Shown: piece by piece, positions 1 to 12,178 of the stretch | How positions within the stretch are numbered: position 1 is the first letter of the stretch | Layout of the letters: each line of letters opens with the position of its first letter | Source: Podarcis cretensis | Lineage: Eukaryota | Assembly: GCA_951804945.1 (NCBI GenBank) | Contig: OX638152.1 | Span: 67,394,001 to 67,458,000 of the forward strand | Direction of reading: 5' to 3' | DNA length: 64,000 bases | Translations under genes and position numbers: made by a program | The notes under the pieces: model-generated | Told to the model about the DNA's origin: nothing | Seen by the model: only the letters and a program-made list of their open reading frames with translations | The model's database searches: none

Positions 1-1780
1 AAGGGGGGTATTGTCACCTGAGCAGCCCAGGACAAACATCCATATACACTGTCCAGGCTTCCACCATGGAGAGATCACTTTGGCGCTGCAAACACAGCAA
101 AAATTAACATGGGATGCTGTCGAAGCGACTCCTCTTGAAGGAAGGGAACCTTTGGAAACAACCCATTATCTTCTAAAGCAGGGATTGCCAACATGGTGCA
201 TGTGGGTGCAATGATGACCTCTATGCCACTCGCCCCACTCACTATCTCGTTGGTCATGAGGTGTTATGGGGTGGTTACTTTTTTCTACTGTTAGAAGAGT
301 TGACACTCTTTCCCACTTCCTTTTCCAGATCTATGCACTTTTCAAAGCTCAGATTAATTCTACTGGACAACACTTTTACCCTGATCCCTTGGGAAAGCAA
401 AGTGTGTTTGTGCATGCACTTTATTTTTGTTTGTCTTGATGGGGGCAGGGCAACCTCTGTTCTGTCAAGTGCACAACTAGCAGCACCATAAAGGGGAACA
501 GCTCCTCCTTAGATTCTTCAAGATTCCACCATTCAAAATTCATCAGAGTAAAAGCTGATGAATTCTGCCAATCCTAGCCAGATCAGACTGGCTAATCACG
601 TAGGTGAGAGGAGCAAAAGCAACCATTTCCTGACATTATCGTTCTCAGTTTCTTTTAATAATAGTTTTTCATCAATTACAAGACAACTTAAAAACTCACT
701 CTAATTTTTATTATACAGTCTCATGACTTAAAAAGTTAACACCTCCAACAGAATTTTTGCTATATCATCACTTTGCCATAAAGACTTCTAACCTTGCTGA
801 GCGCAATAGAGCAACAACAGCTGTGGTGAAAAGATATAATCACAGAACAGGATAAATGCTTATATTTTTATAAAATAAAAAGGGTGTATGATCTCTACTC
901 TAAAAGGCCAACATCTGATAAATACTTTCAGAAATGCAGTAAAACTTTTCCTGTTTGAGCTGGCAATCAACACTAATACAAAAACACATATCCAATTTTA
1001 CTCTAATTGGGTATTGTGCTTTATTTTTAACTGTTACCCTTCCTGAGCACAGAAACAGAACTAAAACATTTTCAGGTGTGTCATAACTAGTTTCATCGTG
1101 GAATTTGTGGACCACTATGGAGAACAATCTTGTACAAGCTTTGACGCCTGTTGCTGTTGTCCTGTTTTTCGCTTGCTAGGAAACAAATGACAGAGTGAAT
1201 TTGTTCACATCCAAAATGTTTTTGGCTTCTGCAGTATTTTTTTTTTTTTAAGCATGTACTAATCCTGTCACAAGTAGCAGAGTACTTCATTAACAAATGT
1301 ACTTGGGATTTGGTAAGCAAGTTAAAGCATTCTTAAAACAACTACTTTGAAGAGAGAGAAAAAGCTAGTGGTCTTTTTCTTTAAGTTTTACAACTGCCAG
1401 TGTAAACACTCCTGCGATAAATAGTCCAAAGTGCTTTGTCCCAAAACACAAGGTTCCAATTCTGGTGCATCAGTCAAATTATTAACTTGACAATTCCAAG
1501 TGGGTTGACTGCTTTAAGGTCCCAAACAGAAAACAGGATGTGTTGCTGGGCTCTTGTGAGCCATTCTTTTTCATCTCACTAACCCTGCTTCAGCTACAAC
1601 CTTGTCGAAAATAAACTCTGAAAATATTGTCACCTTTACATCTACAGAACTACTTGAGTGGCAGGTCAACAGAAACTGATGGGCTATTACTGCCTATATA
1701 CACTAGTCTTGGAGGATTCTCTTTCTCTGCTAGGCCACTCTGGTGAGTCCAATCCAGAACCCTTCCTTTTCCCTCTAGAG

Positions 1781-1963
1781 CAGGGGTAGTCAACCTTTTT
1801 ATATCTACCGCCCACTAATGCATCTTTCTGGATGGTAAAATTTCCTTACCGCCCACCAGTGCTCAATGGAAGGATTCAGCTTGTGCCGTAGAACCCCCTA
1901 CCGCCCACCTAGAATCCTGAAACGCCCAGTAGTGGGTGGTAGGGACCAGGTTGACAGCCCCTG
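1781..1963. mobile_element. hAT-type MITE
   Basis: TIRs CAGGGGTAGTCAACC / GGTTGACAGCCCCTG with a perfect 8-bp TSD CTCTAGAG (1773-1780 and 1964-1971). Confidence 0.85.
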
Positions 1964-4851
1964 CTCTAGAGCTAGAGACACTTGGGGTGGGGAGATTGTT
2001 CAGGAATGTACAACATCAGAATGGAAGTGCTGGGCTGGCATGAGAAATAACTAGATCACAGATATGCTCTGAAAAAATCTTTCTATCAACCCTCAGGACC
2101 TTCTAAAAACAATATAAGAGCATTAGTCGAATCCTCTGCTGAGAACAGCATACATTTCAGATTGCTGCTGGAGATTAATGTGGTGTGATAATACCATGAT
2201 ACACATCTCATGGTATTTTCTACTAGAAAATATTTCAGACACATCATTTTCAAGTGGTAAAATATTTCCACTCTGACAGCATTTGAGTATTTTATTTTGA
2301 CACCTAAGGGATTACTGTAGTCCTTTTTTAATGTATTTATATTTTTGTGCCAGTGTTATTCTTTCTGATGTGATACTGCATTTCATTGTTTGATTTGTGT
2401 TGTGCACCACCTAGAGGACTAGATAATTAATAAATGTAAACAAATGAAATATCACTGATAAGAGAAAGTGAGAACAGCTTAAAAAAAAGAAAAGCATTTG
2501 AAGCATCAGCTCACTAGGCAACTTTCACCACCACAGCCTGAAATTACACTGCATCCACAACAAGAGTGGTGAGTATCCTGTGGCCCTCCAGAGGTTGTTA
2601 AGACCCCAACTCCCATTATCCCTATCCATTTGCTACTGGGAATCCAATAATTTCTAGAGGGCCACAGGCCATCCACCCCTATCCTATAGTCTCCCAACCC
2701 CCAATAAATGTTCATACTGGTATCTGACTACACTGAACCACTTAACATCCTAGGAAAATGCACACTGTAAATGTCTAGAATTTAACATGATCTTAGAATG
2801 CAGGCTTGTGAATTTATCTTCCTGAGATAAACAAGAGGCTAACATGCAACCAGAAACTGTAATTAGGAGAGATTCAGCTGAGCTTGCTCTATTACTAGCC
2901 CAAGCCCAAGGGAGTGAAAGGAAGAGAAAGAAACTCTTGTTTTGGGAAAAACATTGTTAAGGCATCCTCCTCAATTTTCCTGTTTCATTTTTGTATTTGG
3001 CCAAGTAGCTCCTTCCTGTCTAACTTCTAAGAACACACCAAATATAAAGTAGATATTACATATATGTTCTTCAGATACATTTTGGTGTAGGATTGTAGGA
3101 AATGGAAACCAATGTACACATGAGAAGCAGCTTTTGGATAAGAAATAGCTTCTCTGTTGTTGTTGTTGTTGTTAGTTACCACTACTAGCTGGTGATTTGG
3201 CTGGGTTTGCTTTTAAAAGAAAAAAACACTCAGCCTTAACCTAAGGCTAATTGCATTTTTATAGACACAAACATTTAACTATATAACAGCACAATGTCAA
3301 CATGTCAACTCACAATAACTTCCGTTGATTTCAGTGAGGCTTAGACTGCATAAGCATTACTAGATTAAAACACAGCTAGGTTGCTCTTTTTTCAATTTGG
3401 ATCCATGCTGGTTTGGAAAAACACATCAAAGTAAAGCATTTCATTTTTTTTAAAAAGGAAACAGGATAGATGTAGATTGTGGTTAACGTTGTGTGTACAC
3501 AACTTCATGAACCTGTGGTGGGAGTGCACTGGATGCAGAGTAAACAGGAGTGTGTGCACAGTATTAGCCATATAAATAGGTATAGTACTGCAGCCTAAGT
3601 GCTGACTGAACAGGACTGACTCACAAGTCACAGAACATATTAGCTCAAATGTCTTTGTGAAGCAGACATCCTCATCCCATTTCTCATCATGGCACAGTAT
3701 CCAAGCAAATCTCCCCACTCCTGCTGACTGAAGTTTATGTGGGAGGAAAAGACAACAATATTCTTACTCTTTCGTATTTTCAAGGCATCCACTCAAGGAA
3801 ATACTCATCAATACCTATCAAGTAAACGGAATGGGTGATAATATTTATGATCATAGGGGTCCAGTGCTTAGGTATTGCGTCCGATAAATGTATATATTTC
3901 AATCTGCATTCGATGTTGTTTCTTTATTTCCACCCCCACTAATTTCCCCTTACTCCACAGGATCTTGATAGGCTGTCTGGGGGCTAAGTGTTCTTTAAAA
4001 TGGAGGGTGGGAATCTAGAAATGCAGTAGAAATAAGATATAGGTTTTTCAGAGCACATTTATGAGCCCTGTGGCTTAGTAAGAGCATGTTTTAAGTTGAG
4101 GATGAAAAGATACGTCATTAGCACACACTACAGTGGTACCTCAGGCTACGAACAACCTAGCCAACGAACTTTTTGGATTACGAACACTTCAAAATCGGAA
4201 ATGAGTGTTCCGGTCTGCGTATTTATTTATTTTTTGGATTGCAAACGTACTCCGTTTGGGGCTGCACTTCCGCTTGCTCCGCTCCCTCAGCACGCTCCGC
4301 TCTCCCAGCCTCGAGAGGTGCACCTTCCCCCGCCGGGCACAAAGCACCAGCTTGGGAGCGAGCGTGGAGCTCAGCCTGGCAGCAGCGGTGAATGAGGGAG
4401 CCGCCTCCAGCCCAGAGCAGGGCACCACAAGCCCCACACTTCACCTACTGCTTCCTCCAGATCGCCCCGCTCCCCGCTCACTCTTTCCATAGCTATCTTC
4501 CCACTGGCAGAGCGATCCCCGACTCTCAGCAGAACAGAGGCGAGGAGAGGAGAGGCAAGCAGCGGTTGGCGCCAGCAAGGATGGCCCTCCAAGCGGCTGC
4601 CTCGCTCTCTGCTTCTGGGTCTCTCTGCCGTGGAAGCGCTGATTGCAGGCAAACGGAATGGCAGGCGTGAGGCTCTTTGGGCTCCCTGGCTCCGGCTGCC
4701 TGAGGCGGGTGAAGCAGGGTTCTCTCCTGCCTCCATCGCAGCCTGACGGAGAGAGAGATCGGGGAGGGCAAGCCTGACTGACCCTGGAGACAGGTGGAAA
4801 GGTGACCATGGGATGCGCAGGACGGCGTGAGCCGGATGCTGGTGCTGCCGC

Positions 4852-4960
4852 TGTGTCTCCGGACAGCGCTGGCCCCTGGCCTCTTAAGTGAGATGGGCGC
4901 ACAACCCCAGAGTATGTCAAGACTGGCCCGTACGGGCAGGGGTACCTTTACCTTTTTACC
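4852..4960 (+). mobile_element. 5'-truncated Sauria SINE
   Basis: Near-identical to the 3' 110 bp of the copies at 9920, 19279 and 56743; ACCTTT tail. Confidence 0.85.
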
Positions 4961-5192
4961 TCTGGTTACATACTTAATTCATTCCGGAGGTCCGTTTTTA
5001 ACCTGAAACTGTTCTTAACTTGAAGCACCACTTTAGCTAATGGGGCCTCCTGCTGTTGCTGCGCCACCGGAGCACGATTTCTATTCTCATCCTGAAGCAA
5101 AGTTCTTAACCCGAGGTACTATTTCTGGGTTAGCGGAGTCTGTAACCTGAAGCGTATGTAACCTGAAGCGTATGTAACCCGAGATACCACTG
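4961..5192. mobile_element. CAGTGGTACC-family MITE lacking its left TIR
   Basis: Homologous to 37790-38030 and 46709-46911; right end GATACCACTG|TA. Confidence 0.8.
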
Positions 5193-6451
5193 TACTGGAT
5201 AGTAGATTGCAGCCTGGTCTAATGCTTTCGTTTTATGGATCAATGGCCTTGTTAGATAGTAAAATTCATGTTAAAATGTTTTAGGGGTTGTTTTTCATCA
5301 TCTGGAACGGATTAATCCATTTTCCATTACTTTCTATGGGAAAGCACACCTTGGTTTAAGAACGCCTTGGTTTAAGAACACTTTGGTTTAAGAACAGACT
5401 TCCTGAACGGATTAAGTTTGTAAACCAAGGTACCACTGTACACTGCATTTGTTTAAAATCCCTCTTTCACAGGAAGGAGCAAGTCCAAAGACTCCATCCA
5501 TGAGTAACTTTAACAGAGAATAGCCTGACAAACAGGTTGGGACATGATACATAGAAATATTTTAACTATGAGACTTGTTCCACCTGTTACTCCACATTTA
5601 TGATGCTGTGTGACAAATCTTGAATACATTTTTTAAAGCTCTTCAATTTTTGCATGCATACACAAAACCAATTGTCAGATGAGAAATTGTTTTTTTAAAT
5701 GTTTTTGCTTAATGAGTAACTTTGTCATTTATGAAGTACCCAGGTCTCATATGCATTTTTTTTTTTAAGTCAGCAACACTACAAACTGAGATATATGAAT
5801 CATCAAAGTTATTAATTTAGCTGTTGTGTCCCCTTGGCTGCTGAAAGACCCCAAACAGTTCTGGGTACAACTATTCCCATACTGCTGGGCAGAAATACCT
5901 CAGCCGAATACCTTTTCAAAAGTATCCCATGCTCCTCACCCAAAGTCAGGAAATAAAATGGGAGGAACTATCTGCCCGCATCCCAAGACATATGTAGATT
6001 AAGTAAAGATCAGATCTTAGTAATGCAGTAGTTTATTTCCCACTGTAATAATGGTGCAAATTATAGAAGTGAAGTAATTGATATTGAACACACTGCTGCA
6101 CTTTGAAAAGCTATTTGCAAGAATACTCCCTCACAAGCTATCTCCAATATCAACCTGCCCATGCTTTAAAATCAGCAGATGAGGCCCTCCTGGTGGTCCC
6201 CATGTAGGATGAGGTACATGGTGAATGTGCCAGGAAAACTGTGTTTTTTTTAAGTGGGTATAAGATTTGGGCCAGACTTTATATAAATTATTCTCAAAAA
6301 TAAGTGTTTTAACTAAATTTTGAAATTTTGGAATAGAACGGATAGAAAATGAAGTGAATTATTTAAGTCCCAATCTCCTTCTAAAAGCAGAACTTGCAAA
6401 AGTGGAATGCCAACATTTCTTATCTTCCTTGTCTTGAGTGCATATAATTAG

Positions 6452-6707
6452 GAGAAGAAGAGAAGAAGAGTTTGGATTTGATATCCTGCCTTTCACTCCC
6501 TTTAAGGAGTCTCAAAGCGGCTAACATTCTCCTTTCCCTTCCTCCCCCACAACAAACACTCTGTGAGGTGAGTGGGGCTGAGAGACTTCAAAGAAGTGTG
6601 ACTGGCCCAAGGTCACCCAGGAGCTGCATGTGGAGGAGCGGAGATGCGAACCCGGTTCCCCAGATTACGAGACTACCGCTCTTAACCACTACACCACACT
6701 GGCTCTC
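6452..6707 (-). mobile_element. tRNA-derived SINE (Squam3-like)
   Basis: Minus-strand head GAGAGCCAGTGTGGTGTAGTGGTTAAGAGCG with B box GGTTCGCATCT and a (TTC)n tail. Family name is from recall. Confidence 0.75.
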
Positions 6708-9571
6708 CATAATTTTAAAATCTTTAATTAGTAAATGGAATAGACAAGATGGCAGGAAAGCAGGGACAAGAGAGTCTGATCTTCTCTAGCAAAGATAAGA
6801 GTTCCTCACACATACAGTATGCCCCTCTAGATTTAATAGAATTCAACAGAACTGGATTTAATAGAACTTGTTACAGGATGATTCCAAGGTCTCCTTAAAG
6901 ATTAAACCATTTGTGTGCAGCCTCATCAAAATGTGTCAAGATTTGTGAATCTCTGGTGATGCTGTGAGCTTTCCTGTTTTCCTTTTTATCTTCTTCTGCT
7001 GGCTTCATGATGAAGCATTTTTATATCTAATTGTTTTAACTTCTATTGTAAGCTGCACAGAGAACTTGTGCTAATGGGCAGCATATAAATGTACTTTAAA
7101 AAATAATTTAGTTATTTATTTGGGCCAAACCACATAACTTAAATACAACTCTTTAAGGTGAGTCAAGTTGCCTACTACTGGTTCTGCAGCAATGAAAAAC
7201 ACTGAAAAGCAAAAACTCCCTTATGTTTAAAATCACATTATATGATGTTAAGACCAAAGCTAGCAGATGTTAGCCTTTTTCACATTGTTTATAATTTATT
7301 CAGTATCAAGGTGTGTTATGCTTCAGCTCTTCTTAATTTTAAAATCCTGTTGGGTCTATTTGTGAAATGCTGCATTTTAGAGAGCTCAAAACCTTTGGTT
7401 CCAAAAGGACACTACAATGCAGGGGGTGAGGGAGAAGGAAAACATCCTATCCAACACAATGCATATCTCCCTCACATTTTCAGAGAAAACACACAGACAC
7501 ACAGTGCAACCCAGTTGGCTTCATTTTGGTCAGAAAGTCAAGAGCAAGAATGAATTTGCACCCCAGAAGACCTTATACCACCGCGAAAGTGCATTGGGAA
7601 CATTTCCAAACCAAACTGACCTCAAAAACTTTGACACCATGCAGAGGAAATTGATTTTCTACAAAAGCTATGAAAAGGATTAGTCTCAGATTTAGGCCAG
7701 TAAGAGATTTATATTCCATTTGGGCCCAGATATATAACATGATGCAGAAATGAGGGCAGTATGGAGGAATATTTTCAATAGCTTTCAGCATATAAGAAAT
7801 TAAACTCTTGAGAGCAGAGATTTATAAAATAAAATTGGTAATATAAAGCACAACAATATTATTGGGGCTTTCCTTTATAGTTATTCCTTTAAACATAACA
7901 TGAAAATGTAATTTTCACAACCACAGTCCAATCTGCAGCTACAGAAAGCAACCTTTTCACAGGTGAGTTATATCATCCAATTAGTTTTTCAAAGTGACTG
8001 AGAAACTTCCACCCTTCAAAAATAAAGAGAATGGATTGGTACTCCATTCCATCATGGATGATTCCATTTCAGTGCACAATATCTCCAACTTTTTCTTTTT
8101 CTTTTACTATAGTTCTTTTAAACTTGGCCTATAATAATAAAGTCAGGAGTATTGCTTCTGGATGGCAGCCAAGGTTGGCTTTAGGGGCAAGCAGCATGTG
8201 ACTACAGGAGAGAACGGCTGGAAACAGCCACGATCCTTTCCTCAATTGGGAAGAAAAACAAACCTGGAAACACTTACCAGATGTTCCATTGTTTTGTTGG
8301 AAATATGTGACATATTACAAGTTAAAATGTGAATAGGTTGAAGCCAAAGGATAGCATTATTTATTTTAAAATGTGAGGCGCTATACAGTACCTGGATATT
8401 GAGCACATATTTCTAAAGTTATGCAGCAACATCTTTTATATACTGTAACAATGAAGACAGACATAATATTTTAAGTCATGGTAGAGATTGCCCTGGAAAC
8501 ACATTCATTATTTTATCTTGGAGTAAGCTCTGTAGATAAATGTTTCGGCACATTTCCAAAGGGTTGTAGAAAAGTCAACTGAATATTGGCTAGCAACAGT
8601 ATCAGCACACTGCCCTACAATTCCTGACCAGCTTTAATAACTGATTTTAAAAGAGTTTTATTTTAGTTTAGTAATATGAAGAATGAACTTACATGCTACT
8701 TTAACATGGCTTCTTGACAGGACCATCACCCACATGAAACAGGGAGATGCAAGACTAACAAGCTAAGCCAATGCATTGATTTAAAAAAAAAATAAATGTA
8801 TGTAAGCTTAGGCATTTGATTGGTCCCCAAAAAATATTTTGATTACTCGACCAATAAAAATAATAGTCAGTTATTTTCTAAACATTCATACTGTAAAAAC
8901 TAATAAGATAATCAAACACAAGTTTCATAATTATGCCAACTACAAAACAAAACAAATTAACTGTTGTTATGAAACAGTGGATTAGATCCAAAAATGACTT
9001 TCCAGTAGTGGAAAGGGATTTGATCCAGTGGAGACTCTGGCAAATGTCAGAAAGGAAGGGCAACATAATCCAAGAGCCTAGGACTGCAGATGCAGCCACA
9101 GGATTATCTCTTTATGGAAGGATGGCCAGACAATCAGATAGACAAGAGACTTCATCTGTTGTGGGTTGTCACCAGGAAATGACACAAAACATTGCAGCAA
9201 CTCGGAAGGATAAGTAGAACTAATGTCTTCACAGCCCAGAAAGAATCACATTTTCTCCGCCCTGTCAGTAGGTCTTCTGTATTCACTCCAAAGTTACAGA
9301 CAGAGAACAGTTGCTCCAGAAGGTAAATGTAATGATGTTATTTTGGAAAGTTATCCGTCCTGCAATAATCCTACAAAACGTTGTAACTTGTATAAGTATA
9401 CAAGATACAGAGAAATAAGACTATAGTGTGGTGGTGTTTTTAAATCCCAAGTAATACCTGTACTACTTCCAACAATTTTAATGCAACTGATTTGTCTACC
9501 TTTGATATACAATTTTAATCTCAAAAATAAAAATTTGTGCTCCTCAAACAGATAAAGAGGGGGGGGGTTGT

Positions 9572-9573
<2 letters not shown>

Positions 9574-9607
<34 letters not shown>
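9574..9607. repeat. (GT)n microsatellite
   Basis: About 17 GT units read directly. Confidence 0.9.
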
Positions 9608-9609
<2 letters not shown>

Positions 9610-9676
9610 ATACCCCTAACCATAGGGAAAACATAATTAACATTTAGTGGTCAGTGACTCTAATATAACTTGATTA

Positions 9677-9858
9677 CCATATTTTTCGCCCTATAGGACG
9701 TACCAGCCCATAGGACGCACCTAGTTTTTTGGGGGGGAAATCAAGGGGGGGATTATTTCCCCCCGCCCCCCAGGTTTGCATTCGTCCCATAGGACGCACA
9801 CACATTCCCCCTTCATTTTTGTAGGGGAAAATGTGTGTCCTGTAGGGCGAAAATACGG
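9677..9858. mobile_element. Tc1/mariner-superfamily MITE
   Basis: TA|CCATATTTTTCGCCCTATAGGAC ... GTCCTGTAGGGCGAAAATACGG|TA; internal CCCATAGGACGCAC repeats. Confidence 0.75.
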
Positions 9859-9919
9859 TATGTGTGTAAAGTCTTCTCAAGTATATACACATATATACGT
9901 ATTCATTATTTAAATGGTC

Positions 9920-10268
9920 GTGGGTTAAAGCCTCAGCGCCTAGGGCTTGCTGATCGAAAGGTCGGCGGTTCGAATCCCTGCGGCGGGGTGAGCTCCCGCT
10001 GCTCGGTCCCAGCGCCTGCCAACCTAGCAGTTCGAAAGCACCTCCGGGTGCAAGTAGATAAATAGGGACCGCTTACCAGCGGGAAGGTAAACGGCGTTTC
10101 CGTGTGCGGCTCTGGCTCGCCAGAGCAGCGATGTCACGCTGGCCACGTGACCCGGAAGTGTCTCCGGACAGCGCTGGCCCCTGGCCTCTTAAGTGAGATG
10201 GGCGCACAACCCCAGAGTCTGTCAAGACTGGCCCGTACGGGCAGGGGTACCTTTACCTTTACCTTTAC
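9920..10268 (+). mobile_element. Sauria SINE (Squam1), slightly 5'-truncated
   Basis: tRNA-like head with B box GGTTCGAATCC, (ACCTTT)n tail; near-identical to other copies in the window. Confidence 0.9.
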
Positions 10269-12039
10269 ATCCTCGGTTTACTAGGATACATGAGAAATTT
10301 GGATTGTAGAAATATCTAATTTCTTTTGTGGCAGTACGTGAATCATAGTTACTCCTTAACCTTTTAGACATATAAACCCAATGAATAAAAAGTAAATAAT
10401 ACTTACGCCCTCTACATCTGTGTATGCAACAAACATTTGTAGAAGCAAAAGTCACTTGCTAGGTTTAATGCTGGGTCACTTATCAGGCCCATAAAGGCTA
10501 AATGAGCTTGCCTTGCATTACATCAGATCAGTTAAGAGCGCTGTGATTCTGGCAGGACTCCAAGCAACCTTTCCTTGTTGTTTATTTAACCCAGTGAAGA
10601 GGAAAATATACTGGTTCCTTTCAGATGTCACACGAGTTAATAGGAATGTGCCATGGGGCCACAGATTTCCTCCCTTCTCAATTCTGGTTCCCTTCTCTTT
10701 CCTGGCTTGCCTAACCATCGTTTGCTTACTTCAAACATAGCTGCAAACTATAGTTAAGACTGTCTCCAAATCATAGTTTTGATTTTAATTAAGATATGGT
10801 CAAAAGTTTGGCCACAGTTTCAGTTGTTGGGGAGCGGGTTGTTTTCACGCTGTGAAAAACAATAGATTTTGTTTATTTTTATTCTTTACTGCAAATTGTA
10901 AGACACTAGTCCTGAAAACGTGTGCTCCGCAACTACAGAGTACTTACTGTGAGATGGCAACAACTTTATCAGGGAGTCAGCTTGTGTGGCCAAGCCCCAG
11001 GCTGCTTTCTAAAGAATGAAAAGACCCTTTAGAATATAGAAGTCTGTTATACATATATAGTTCGTCTAAAATGCTGTAATCTGTTTAGCCTATATGTTTA
11101 GTCTATATATTATCGTAGTGCTCTAAAACTGTCATCATGAGCCAATAAAATGGTAGGAGTCATCCATTCAGTTGCAAGCATTTTGCAGGGTACAGCCGCA
11201 GATAAAGAACTTCCCTTACCAACCTGATACACATTTTTAGTCAATTAGGATAGATGACTTTATGATAAAGGCTGCTAGCAAAGAGCCAAATCAAAGGGAA
11301 ATGGATCTTTACAGCACAAAATAAGACTAGAGGGGCTGAGCACAGCAAGGGTAAGGATGAGAAACAGCTGCACATCAGGCATGGCCAGCCCAATACATTT
11401 TGGCACCTGAGATGAACCATGTACCCTCGCCTAGCTGCCAGGGAAAAAGAGCTGAGTGAGGCTCTACAGTAGGAACAAGGCGGGAATAAAGATCTACATC
11501 AGGATCTGCTGCCCCTGTGGATCATGCTGCCTGAGGCAGTTGTCTCACCATGCCTTATGGGTGGGGTGGGCCATGTCATGGGAGGCCCTGACTCCCATAG
11601 AAAAGGGGGAAATGTAATGATTAGCTTAGCTGAGAGGATATCAGGTCATGGCTGTGAGAAAAAGAGGAATATCCATTTGGTTTGGTGACTACAAAGCAAG
11701 AAGAGTTAAAGAAGAACTGTCAAGTACAGGAATTTGAAAATCCAATGGAAAAGAATATATTTTAATGTTTCTCTGCAGGGGATGCGTGAACTGACTATTG
11801 AAAAGTTCTGTCTGTGCTATGTGACCTGTGATGCTCATTGAATCATATAAGTTACTGCTTGATGCTGTAGTCATCAAGGGAAGAACCACCCTTAATGGCA
11901 AAATGCCAGTCTTGAAAATAAATACTGCTGGTCACTCTTTCAGAGACGGATAATCTCACTAACCAAGTAAATAGCAACTTCTGTGTAACTGCAAAGGGAC
12001 TGAACTATATTACTCATGCTGACCATTCCAACTTTAGGA

Positions 12040-12178
12040 TCTTAGTTGGTAGAGCATGAGACTCTTAATCTCAGGGTTGTGGGTTCAGGCCTCGCCTTGG
12101 GTAAAAGATTCCTGTATTGCAGGGGGCTGGACTAGAAGACTCTCATGATCTCTTCCAACTCTAGGATTCTATAATTCT
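12040..12178 (+). mobile_element. tRNA-Lys-derived SINE with CR1-type tail
   Basis: TAGTTGGTAGAGCATGAGACTCTTAATCTCAGGGTTGTGGGTTC (tRNA-Lys CTT-like) followed by GGACTAGAAGA...TTCCAACTCTAGGATTCTAT (CR1 3' end). Confidence 0.75.

Larger units (their letters stand above)
4131..5438. mobile_element. Tc1/mariner (pogo/Tigger-like) non-autonomous element with nested insertions
   Basis: TA|CAGTGGTACC ... GGTACCACTG|TA ends; three subterminal TTGGTTTAAGAAC repeats; GC-rich interior. Confidence 0.7.

Noticed and set aside
4096-4920. Cluster of overlapping ORFs on both strands
   Set aside because: They lie in the GC-rich transposon interior and SINE; no recognisable domain or transposase motif.
12040-12102. 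Apparent tRNA-Lys gene (and tRNA-Ile-like sequence at ~43745-43804)
   Set aside because: Degenerate stems fused to a CR1 tail; these are SINE heads, not functional tRNAs.
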